Source of the DNA: Carcharhinus amblyrhynchos
Lineage: Eukaryota
Length of the DNA stretch: 64,000 nt
Reading direction: 5' to 3'
Assembly (NCBI GenBank): GCA_965287045.1
Contig: OZ336890.1
Span: 19,778,001 to 19,842,000 of the forward strand
Shown here: positions 52,501-62,679 of the stretch, piece after piece
Layout of the letters: the number at the start of each line of letters is the position of its first letter
How positions within the stretch are numbered: the stretch's first letter is position 1
The notes under the pieces: model-generated
Databases searched by the model: none
Told to the model about the DNA's origin: nothing
What the model saw: the letters and a program-made list of their open reading frames with translations, nothing else
Translations under genes and position numbers: made by a program

Positions 52501-52880
52501 ATTGGTCAGAATTAATCTTCACCCTCCCCTCCCCTCCCCTCCCATCCACCCACCACAATGTTATACATCCACAAAGTTTGTGAACTGTAATTATTTTTTT
52601 GTAAAAATTATTCAACGGTCTAACCCTTTTTGTTTAGATTTGAAAAAGAATGTATGGAGGGGATATAGCTATAAACTATTTTATGTATTCTACATAATGG
52701 ACAGTGTTTTAAAACATTGCACTTAACTCTTGTTTCGATATTTGACTATAAATGTACTTTGCGAATAATGGTGATTAAAATGAAATAATGTTTGAAAATG
52801 TTTATAACATTTGGAGTCTTGTCATGCTCTGTGGAAGCATGCTTTTAAAGAACATGCGAGAGCCAGAAAATAAATGCGTT
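49572..52880 (+). other. Probable long CBX8 3' UTR
   Basis: Transposon-free, AU-rich stretch after the stop codon. Candidate polyA signals: AATAAA 51116, AATAAA 52058, ATTAAA 52774, AATAAA 52869. The true end is unknown. Confidence 0.5.
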
Positions 52881-53909
52881 CCATTGATGTGTGTAGCGGT
52901 AACATTATCCAATGCAGATCCATAGCAGGCTTTATTGGGACAGATTAACGTATGCCTGGGAGCAGTGAACCCTTCTCTATTGAAGTAGCATGCACCCTTG
53001 TAAAAACTTTTAGATGAAGTCCATATGCCTTATCATAATAGGAAAGAATTATTTGTGGATGTCATCGTTGACGTTTAGTTTCACCGCCAAGCATTTACAA
53101 GCTATAACATTCACAGCCGGAACTTTAGCAGTAATAACTACTAACATTACATTAATTGAGTACCTTCCTCGTGTGTTAAATTTGCACTGATTGGTGTTGT
53201 GGTCTTTTGCGAAGTGATTGCGCACTCTCGTACGCCAAACAAAGGCATCGCACGTACCCTCTGTTTATTTGCGTTCCACTCGGTAACGTGAAGACACGAA
53301 TTTCCGCAGTGCACCGAACGAAAATAAGCGACATTTCCTTATGATTGCAAGAGGAAAACTGAACGCTAGAAAAGGTGCAAAGAAGGGCTGCCTCTCCCAC
53401 GTTCAGCCGGTAGAAATCAACATTCAACTTTGCCTCCAACGACTGAAAACCCACCTCCCAGAATGAAAATGGATGCAGCCTTTCTCCTCACTCAAATGTT
53501 ATAATAATGGCACGGGTACGAAAACTGTGGCCATTTGGGTATTTTATACACAGCAGATTCGGTGATCTTTGGAAGTACAATAGTCTCATTTCAGTAGAGT
53601 TGGTGAATTTTTGTTTGAAATGCTGAATTTCTGGAATCCAAGCTACACAAAGGGTGGCCAGGAAGACAAATTTACATAAGTCTGCTCGAACGCCCGTACA
53701 AGCAGCCCTGTATATTGATGGGCTTTTGGGCCATTTAAAGGTCGCTGAGAAATTAAGATGCACAACGGTCCGTTTTGAATATGTATGTTGTTACGGAAAT
53801 CTGTTCACTAAACCCCTCTCCTGAATACGGCATGCATGCATTGATGGAGTTGGTTTATGTGGGGGACTCCCAAACGTAGTTGTTAGGGAGGTAGCTCTAA
53901 AATAAGCCA

Positions 53910-53997
53910 AGTAAGAAATCTCACAACACCAGGTTAAAATCCAACAGGTTTATTTGGTAGCACGAGCTTTCCGAGCGCTGCTCCTTCATCAGGTGAG
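53910..53997 (-). mobile_element. Family-A Penelope-like single arm with near-intact hammerhead (53961-53995)
   Basis: The - strand reads CAC-CUGAUGA-A-GGAGC-AGC-GCUCG-GAAA-GC-UC-GUG followed by ctaccaaataaacctgttgga... Confidence 0.82.
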
Positions 53998-54987
53998 CCT
54001 TTACAAGAAAAACAACGCCTGGGGGGCGGGAAACATACCGAGGGGGAAGAAGATGGAGATCAATATTTCCAAAATGGAAATGGCCTTCACTTATTTAACT
54101 TACGGTGGTGTATTGTGATTGACAATTTCCATCCGACTGGGCTAGAAATAATCTAATCCGATTCGAAACCTTCCATTTCTTTAACATCACTTGTAAGTGG
54201 TGAGCGTTCGGGTAATATTTCTAAGTGTAAGCAATTTTCTCAGAAAGATGGGTATTTTCGAATGCTACTTAGCTAAGCGGATTGCCAAAAAGCCGAATAT
54301 TTGTATGTGCTGCTTCCTTCAAATATTCTGCAATGTGAAATCAGGCCTGGTGCACAACAAAGAAATTCCACAAACGGTGCGATTTGTCATTTTTAATATA
54401 CTTCCATTGATAAATTTGTGATCAAGGTGAAAAAGAATCGACGTCAGCAAAATAATATGTTCCCGCTGTTGATAACCAGCGCAAGCGTTAGTCCCCACCA
54501 GCCCTGTTTTCCCTCATGGTAACCCAAAGAAAGATGCTGACCGTTCTGCGGCCCTACGTGCTTCTGCGTACCAGAACTGCCATTCTTAGGACAACTCAGA
54601 ACCCGGTTACTTGTATTGCATTTTTTTTTCTATGTGCTGTGCATCATTGTACCAAGGTTGAGTTGAAGCCATTGGAATTCATTTGATATGCGGCCTTTGT
54701 AGTTGGCACATCAAAAGACAGGTAGGAAATTTGCGAGCCATCCGTCTGCATAAGATTCCAGAGCGGATCTTAGGGTGGAAAGAACCATGGCAACTGAGCG
54801 CCTTGTTCAAATCACTGGACTTGTCTTCAGATGGGAAATGGTGAATGAAGAAACAGAAAAAAACAAATGGGAGAACGGCCAGAATCGCAAATCTAAATTT
54901 GAGCTGGCTATGCTTGATTTAGCAACAGGTTACCATCATTAGCAATATCTGAGGTGGATTAAATCAGGAAGTTCATCCTGTTTTCAT

Positions 54988-55198
54988 GAGGCGGAGATGT
55001 CGGCGTTGGACCGGGGTGGGCACAGTAGGAAATCTCACAACACGAGGTTAAAGTCCAACAGGTTTATTTGGAAGGAACAGCGCTCCGAAAGCTCGTGATT
55101 CATCAGATGAGTGAAGATTGATGGAAGAGCAGCACTGGGAAAGCTCGTGATTCCAGATAAATCTGTTGGACTTTAACCTGGTGCTGTGAGACTTCTTA
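54988..55198 (-). mobile_element. Family-A palindromic Penelope-like insertion with internal rearrangement
   Basis: Tail at 54988-55021, inverted arms, duplicated ribozyme 3' half; flanking direct repeat CTGTTTTCAT (54978-54987, 55199-55208). Confidence 0.85.
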
Positions 55199-55989
55199 CT
55201 GTTTTCATTAGTCTTTGATTAATGATTGATTCCAAACATCAGATTGTTAAATTGGCCACGCCAATTTAGTTAACCGCATCATCAGTTGAAACTGTTGAAT
55301 AGACTCCTATCTAAACCCACGCTTGTTGAATAGATCAACTTGAACAAGATGAAAATTGGATTGAGTTAACAAGTGTTTGGGCTTCAACTCGTTTTGAATG
55401 GAAATATGAAAGAGGCAACAAATTGTGAAGAATCTAAGAACAGATTTTTATCACACATTGCTTTTTTATCTCTTTTTCTAACGGAAGGAACAATTTCTTT
55501 AGATGTAAACAGATGATTTTTAAAGAAGTTGCCATTATCATCGGGTTCTTCCAAATGGCTACAACTTTATCCCATCTTTAGAACCTTAAACCTCCATATT
55601 ACCTTTTTGGCTGGTTTGAGCGTTTCAACTCTCTCAACGCCCCTTTGTTGAAACGGCCAGACATTGTGGTAGAAGATGAGACAAACTGCTCTCATTTCTA
55701 TTTATTTGGAAATCAATAAGCACATGCACAGTTAAATATGGAATTCCAGATGTTGCTACCCATGGTGCTCTGCTTCACGTGTCGCTCTCCGGTTCTCCAT
55801 TCAAATTCATTTACTGCTATGCTTGACCCGCCGATATGGACTAAGCTTCTCATAAACAGATAGAGTAGGATTGGTCCAATCCAGTGTAAGTATCATTTCC
55901 TTGCGGGATAAAATCTTATTTTTGGTCAAACTATCGCTCTGGCATTGATCGTTAACTTTAGAAGTGCGGAGGCTCATTCCAGCTGTCAG

Positions 55990-56125
55990 TAAACGCTCAG
56001 GGGTAATTAAATGTTCCTTGGCACAATTTCCAAGAGGAGCAGGGGAGTTCTACCTGATGTGTTAGTCGATATTTAACCCTCAACTAAGACCAAAAAATCA
56101 ATTAGTCCTTTAACATAATTTTCAA
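55990..56125 (+). mobile_element. DeuSINE (Deu-domain) relic
   Basis: ccttggcacaatttccaagaggagcaggggagttctacctgatgtgttagtcgatatttaaccctcaactaa resembles the Deu core (ccatggcactatttcgaagaagagcaggggagttctccccggtgtcctggccaatatttatccctcaaccaa) as I recall it. Confidence 0.65.
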
Positions 56126-57219
56126 CGCACCTGTTACAAACTAACGAACGTGTACTTCATGTGTAGAAAAAAATTGTACGTTTATCTGCACGGTAAATAG
56201 TCACGAAAACGTGTTTCTGCAGTTGTATGGCTCCACTGTGATGAATGGAAAAAAAAACCCTCTATATTTTAAGATAGGAACGTAGTGTAAGTTCTGAAAG
56301 ACATTCTAGGTCAGGTGTTTAAAAAAAGCAACAGAAAGGCCTATGTTTATTGCACTAGTGAAACCAAAGTTTCCGACTGTGCGTCAGTAGGTCAAGTAAA
56401 AAAATCGAAGCCATTGCATTTCATTCTTGCAAACACACACACACATATATATACACAAGCAATAAAACTGCCATATCAAAGCAATACAGGGGAAAAATGC
56501 AAACATGCTACCAAATTATGACTTTCATTGAATGCTGATTGTCACTAAGACTACAAAGCGAAACCTTTATTGGTGTCAATGTCTTGCCAATGATCCAGTC
56601 AAAGTGAAACCAAAAACAATCTTCAGGTTTAGTCATCACGAAGTCCAACCTGTCGGAAGGCTCAATGCCCATTAAAAGAGACATCTCACTAAATTCCAAA
56701 GGAAATTACACGATGCAATTGGATGCCTGGGAAATAACCGCGAGTGGTCTTTGGACTCTTGTACTATTGGCCCCTTCTGCAGCACTTTCAAAGAGAAAGC
56801 AATCTGTACTGTGCTTTCACTAAGACACTCTGCTGATTGCTGCATGGTTTGATTTTACTGTGCTGATTTCAAGGCTGATCATACAATGTTACGTAGCAAG
56901 GGAAGAAGCCTCGGGCCTACGTGCACGAGTGGGATAACAATTATTCACATAGATCGCCAAGCCATTGCATTATGTTCCAGATTGGCTCTCCGCGTTAATA
57001 ATTTACCTTATCCTTCTTAACTTCAAGGCAGGTGCGCGTGGGGCTGAGCAAGCATCTTTTTAACAAAGTGCCATGAAGCAGTTTAGTATATATATATATA
57101 TATCATGTACCTTTATGCTATTTTACTCATTTTCTCGTTTTTCTATTATAGTTTCAAGAGAAAAAGAAGTGAGACAATTCCTGTTGCAAATGAAAGGGAA
57201 AACGGGAGGAAGAGATAGT

Positions 57220-57391
57220 GGATAAAAGCAAAGTACCGCCAGTGCTGGAATCCGAAACAAAAACAGAAAATGCTGGAAAATCTCAGCAGACCCAAGGGTC
57301 ATCCAAACTCGAAACGTTGGCTCTATTCTGTCTCTACAGATGCTGTTCAGACCTGCTGAGATTTTTCAGCATTTTCTGTTTTTTTTTTGTT
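57220..57391 (-). mobile_element. Family-B palindromic Penelope-like insertion
   Basis: Tail-bearing arm 57222-57290 (-) facing a tailless inverted arm 57293-57388 (+) that contains AAGGGTCATCCAAACTCGAAACGTT; TSD AAGAGATAGT (57210-57219, 57392-57401). Confidence 0.85.
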
Positions 57392-58387
57392 AAGAGATAG
57401 TCTCGGAAACTGCGGATTTTGAATGTTGGAGAGTATGGCAGAGAACTGGCAGGAAGAGAATGAGAATGCTTTCGGAGGCGTGTTCCATTTTAACTAACAG
57501 AAAACACGGCCGGCCCCAGTGCTCGATTTGCCATGCAGTTTGCTCTTGCATTCCACAATGCATGTTTGTCTATCGCTAGAACAACATGCTGGAGCCGCGG
57601 GTTGTACACAATCAGTGCCCTGGACATTCCTGGCATTGCATTCAAATGTTTAACAGTTCCCCACTTCTCCCACAATTATTGCCAGGACTGGAGTGGATGT
57701 TTGCGAGCTATTACAATATCAGGGGTTTAGCCTTAAAGCACATACCATTTTTTTGTCGCTGCCGCCGGTTCACTTTTAGTTTGCATTGTGCAGTCATTCA
57801 TTAGTGTTTAGAGAGACCAGATTATACAGACGGTCAGGAATGCAGGAATTAGTTTTCTTTTCCCCCTTTCAGGATTCGACTGCCTTTCACTACCAATGGT
57901 GCTTCAATTGTAACTTCAAGACTGAAAGCCGTCTTTTATTGTCTCACCCAAGAACCGTTATCTATATGTGGGCAATGACTTCTGGTTAGGAGGACATGGC
58001 TACCTGCTCTAAACAGCTCACCCCGGCTCGGTTGAAACCCCACGAAATGAGCCCTCACTGGGCTTTCTTTTTCTGGGTACAATTCCGTCTGAATTATAAT
58101 TCTTCACGCATTCCAGGGTTGCAGGTTTCTGCTTGAATGGAATCCTACAAAGCGCAAATCATTGGGTGATTTTTAGCAGTGTGGTGAAAAGAAGGAATGA
58201 ATGAAGCGAAGGTCTCATGGGAACGTCCGGCCCAGTAACATTTCAAGTGTAAAATTTGGGAAATGAATCCCATTAAAACGCAATCACGGCAATTTTTTTT
58301 TCTTACTGTTCGAATTATCAGTACTACAGTGAACATGGATGTACTTGTACAACGTGCTCAACGTTTGGCCATTTAAAAACAATTCCC

Positions 58388-58810
58388 GCTATATGTGGCA
58401 CTGTTGGCAAGGCCAGCATGTATTTACCCGGCCCTGGTTTCTCTGAGAAGTAGCAGTGGACTTTCCTCTGGAAGATACTGCATCTCTGTGGTGAAGGTGG
58501 AAAGGCAAGTTGTGAGAGGGATACAAACAATTTACAAAATTAAATTGGTAAGTTAAGTAAGTAGACAACAAGATGGCAAATGGAGTATAAAGTGGGACAA
58601 TGGAAAGTTGTTGATCTTGGAAGGGAGAACAAAAGAACAGAGTATTATTTAAATGGAGAAAAACTGTAGAAAGGTGCAACACAAAGGGATTTGGGGGTAC
58701 TTGTGCACGAAACAGGGAAAGGTAGCACACAAGTGCAGCAGGTAATTAGGAAGGCTAATGGAATGTTGACCCTTATTTGGAAAGAGTTGGATTATAAGAG
58801 TAGGGAGGGC
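58388..58810. mobile_element. LINE 3' tail fragment (-, ~58388-58520) adjacent to a CR1 RT fragment (+, ~58550-58810)
   Basis: ggccagcatgtatttacc tail; ggtaattaggaaggctaatggaatgttgacccttatt (VIRKANGMLTLI). Confidence 0.7.
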
Positions 58811-59449
58811 CATCTACAGGCCTTTCTGCCACAGATTTAATCAGTGTCAAGGAAGGCCTCTCTCTTGCTTGATTGAATGTCCTCTGCTACCAAACCTGCC
58901 AAATGGGAGGGCATTAAATTCTGCCCTTTAACTCTGGGTGTCATTCTTTGATTTCATCCATTCCTGCCTCGCTGCCAGCGAGAATTAAGAATTTGGTGCT
59001 CAGCCAGAACTCCATTCGCTGCAGCAGAACTGGGGAATCGCAGCTGTGGACGTGGTCAGAGATTTTCAATGACTGTCTCTCTTCACAGATACTTCTTGAC
59101 CTGTTGGGTAGTTCCAGCATTTTCTTTTTTTATTTCACATTCCCTGCATCCACAGTATTTAGCTTTTATTTCATGTTGGGTTTTGTCTTTCAGATACCAG
59201 TGTTGTTCTTATTTTACTGGCAATTAAAGAGGGCAAGTTTCCAAGCCACTTTAGTAACATTTATGCCTTTATGAAACAAATTTAATGTTATTCCTAGCAT
59301 CTTTAAATGTATAAATGCACCATGACATCGCTAAGTAACATTATATTCCAGTGACTAAATTCAGGTTGATGTTTTAGTTACTATCAATCCTGCTATAGAT
59401 TCTACTGCAGTCACTCAATTATAAAGATGCAACTTTAAGAAGATTTTTT

Positions 59450-60150
59450 TCTTTATTCTTTCATGGGATGTGGGTGCCACTGGCAAAGCCAGCATTTCTT
59501 GTCCATCCTTATTTCCCCTTGAACTGAATGGCTTGCTAGGCCAATTCAGAAGGCAATTAGAACTCAGCTACACTGTTCTGCATCTGGAGTCACATGTAGA
59601 CCAGTTGAGGGGGTTGAGCTATGAGGAGAGGCTGAATAAACTGGGCTTGTACTCGTTAGAGTTTAGAAGAATGAGAGGAGATCTCATTGAGACATATAAG
59701 ATGATGAATGGGATGGATAGGATAGAGGTGGAGAGACTCTTCCCGCTCAAAAAAGACAATAGGACTAGGGGGCACAGCCTCAAGATAAAAGGGGGGCGGT
59801 TTAGAACGGAGTTGAGGAGGAACTTCTTCACTCAAAGGGTGGTGAATCTCTGGAATTGAAGTGGCGGAGGCTGCCTCGCTAAATATTTTTAAGACGCGGG
59901 TTGATGGGTTTTTGATAGGAGAGGGGATTAAGGGTTATGGGGAGAGGGCGGGAAAGTGGAACTGAGCAGCGACAGATCAGCCATGATCTTATTGAATGGC
60001 GGGGCAGGCTCGAAGGGCTGGATGGCCTACTCCTGCTCCTATTTCTTATGTTCTTATGTTCTTATCAGGTAAGGGCGGCAGATTTCCTTCCCTAAAGGAT
60101 ATTAGTGAACCAGATGGGTTTGTACAACAATTGATTATAGCTGTCATGGT
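59450..60150 (-). mobile_element. Second-family SINE split by a young CR1 insertion (SINE parts 59450-59603 and 60066-60150)
   Basis: ctggagtcacatgtagaccag | caggtaagggcggcagatttccttccctaaagg is contiguous in the intact copy at ~15373-15430. Confidence 0.82.
59604..60065 (+). mobile_element. Young CR1 LINE 3' end
   Basis: LRGLSYEERLNKLGLYSLEFRRMRGDLIETYK...; (ATGTTCTT)n tail. Confidence 0.93.
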
Positions 60151-60160
60151 CAAAATTAGG

Positions 60161-60492
60161 ATCATAGAATCATAAAAACACTACAGTGCAGAAGGAGGCC
60201 ATTAGGCCCAAGAACAATCCCATCCAGGCCTTAACTCCATAATCCCACATAATTATCTTGCTAATTCCTCTAACTTACATATCCCAGGACACTAAGGGTT
60301 AATTTAGCATAGCCAATGCACCTAACCCGCATATCTTTGGACTGTGGGAGGATACCAGAGCACCTGGAGGAAACCCATGTAGATATGGGGAGAGCATGCA
60401 AACTCCACACAGACAGTGACCCAAGCCTGGAATTGAACCCAGGTCCCTGGCACTGTGGGGGAGCAATGCTAACCACTGTGCCACCATCCTGC
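60161..60492 (-). mobile_element. HE1/V-SINE-type SINE
   Basis: Full-length head (A/B boxes), core and tail. Confidence 0.9.
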
Positions 60493-60773
60493 CAATTACA
60501 AAGACTAGCTTTCAATTCCAGATTAAGTAACTGGAATTAAGTATTAAGTTGTTTGGAGTGCATGATAAATAAGCAACTTTATGACCTAAGATCTGCCACA
60601 AGTCTGGTTATTGGGGTAGATAAAATGATATCAACATGATAAATAATTTGCAATTCTAAGCAGCAACTATCAAACTCACTGCTGAACTTTCTTGATGCTA
60701 TCTTCAATGAAACATGCACACTGCATCCCATGAAAGAATAAACAAAACTTCTTAAAGTTGCACTTTTAGAATT

Positions 60774-61075
60774 TTAAAACTTATTTATTAGTATCACAAG
60801 TTGTCTTACATTAACAATGCAATGCAGTTACTGTGAAAATCCCCTAGTCACCACACTCCTGCACCTGTTCGGGTACACTGAGGAAGAATTCAGCATGGCC
60901 AATGCATCTAAACAGCATGTCTTTCGGACTGTGGGAGGAAACCGAAGCACCTGGGGGAAATCCATGCAGACACAGGGAGAAAGTGCAGATTGCACACATA
61001 CAGTGACACAAACTGGGAATTAAACCCGGATCCCTGGTGCTGTGAGACAGCAATGCTAACGACTGTGCCACCATA
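60774..61075 (-). mobile_element. V-SINE variant with alternative tail, full length
   Basis: Reverse complement of the 29683-29957 type. Confidence 0.85.
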
Positions 61076-61447
61076 CTCATTGAGTCGTGGCTGGTAGAAT
61101 CTTGAGCAGGTTTTAAAGTAACCAAACCGTCAACTTACATCCATGTATGGGCTTCCTTATGCTAAGGGTTTGCACCAGATATAGCTAAATAGCTGAGTGA
61201 GAAGGGTTTCAAACAATGTATTAGATGCATCATGATTGGCTAATTTAATATCAATCCTGTTAATTAAATTATTTTAGCAAAATTGCTTGCAGCAAAAATC
61301 ACTTCTACGTACTTTTATAATTCAGCGGATCGTTAAAATGTGCAAAAAGTTTAAGGGGCTGTTAAAAAAGTGAACAAATTCTTCGAGAAAAGAAAATCTT
61401 GAGGATAGATATCTCTCTTGGGGAATCAGAAAAGGGAGAATCAGGGA

Positions 61448-62095
61448 TACATAAGAACATAAGAACATAAGAAATAGGAGCAGGAGTAGGCCATCTAGCC
61501 CTTCGAGCCTGCCCCGCCATTCAATAAGATCATGGCTGATCTGTTGTGGCTCAGTTCCACTTTCCCGCCCTCTCCCCATAACCCTTAATCCCCTCTCTTA
61601 TCAAAAACCCATCAACCCGCTTCTTAAAAATATTTAGCGAGGCAGCCTCCACCACTTCAACGGGCAGAGAATTCCAGAGATTCACCACCCTTTGAGTGAA
61701 GAAGTTCCTCCTCAACTCCGTTCTAAACCGCCTCCCCTTTATCTTGAGGCTGTGCCCCCTAGTCCTACTGTCTTTTTTGAGCGGGAAGAGTCTCTCCACC
61801 TCTATCCTATCCATCCCATTCATCATCTTATACGTCTCAATGAGATCTCCCCTCATTCTTCTAAACTCTAATGAGTACAAGCCTAGTTTATTCAGCCTCT
61901 CCTCATAGCTCAATCCCCTCAACTCCGGCATCAGCCTAGTAAACCTCCTCTGCACTCCCTCCAGGGCCAAAATATCCTTGCGCAGGTGCGGCGCCCAAAA
62001 CTGCACACAGTACTCCAGCTGCGGCCTCACCAATGCCCTATACAGCTGCAGCAAGACCTCCCTACTTTTATATTCAATCCCCCTCGCTATGAAGG
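61448..62095 (-). mobile_element. Young CR1 LINE 3' end
   Basis: ORF 61551..62120(-) is an uninterrupted CR1 ORF2 C-terminus; (AAGAACAT)n tail at 61448-61472. Confidence 0.93.
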
Positions 62096-62679
62096 TTATG
62101 TTCACAAGCAAGTAAGTCATTGATTGAACATAATTTGTTACTAATTGTAGCTAATTAATGGACTATGCTATGACCTGGAATGGTAATTTGATTGTTATAC
62201 CCAGAGAAAAGTTGATGGAACCCAGTTCTACAGGAAGTAAAAGGTAATGAACCAGAGGAGAGATATGAACAATTTGTGTGACTTTGAATATTGATCTCAA
62301 TAATGAGTAAGTTAGAGGTGATTAATGGCCCCTTCACACCTTTTCTTCTTATTGTAGGTCCATGTGAATTCATTTACGACTGTGTATGGATGTACGACGC
62401 TCACATGTCTGAAAGAACACATGGAATAAGTATAATTGTTGATTTAACTGAAAAATGGAAAAAAGGACAAGCAGCACTGACATCCTGTTCAGGGGCACCT
62501 GCACTGCAAAGGAAGTGATTGTAACTTTGAAAAAGAACTCAGGTGTTAGCACTGACCTAATGTCACAGGCATTACATTCTACATCACTAAATGTCATAAG
62601 GAGCAACAAAAAACAAAACACATAGAATTAGGAAGTGTGCAGAGTCACAGAAAAAGAGATCATAATACAATTGAATTCC

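Noticed and set aside
49572-52880. miRNA seed and Pumilio matches in the presumed 3' UTR (e.g. TTGCACTTT ~50207, ACCAAAG ~51912, TGTATATA 49687)
   Set aside because: 7-8-mers are expected by chance in 3.3 kb; not meaningful without conservation data.
11542-55198. Palindromic family-A copies as DNA-transposon MITEs, CRISPR repeats or miRNA genes
   Set aside because: The inverted repeats are not terminal on both sides (one-sided tail), TSD length and fold-back point vary, and there are no regular spacers. A retro-insertion origin fits better, and there is no evidence for miRNA processing.
41420-57103. Short (CA)n and (AT)n runs (~41427, ~48634, ~57088)
   Set aside because: Ordinary microsatellites with no additional structure.
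1311-62120. Longer ORFs over CR1 copies (e.g. 1408..1899, 34265..34687, 59470..59859, 61551..62120) as host genes
   Set aside because: They are LINE ORF2 C-terminal fragments or their antisense frames, 5'-truncated and without promoters.
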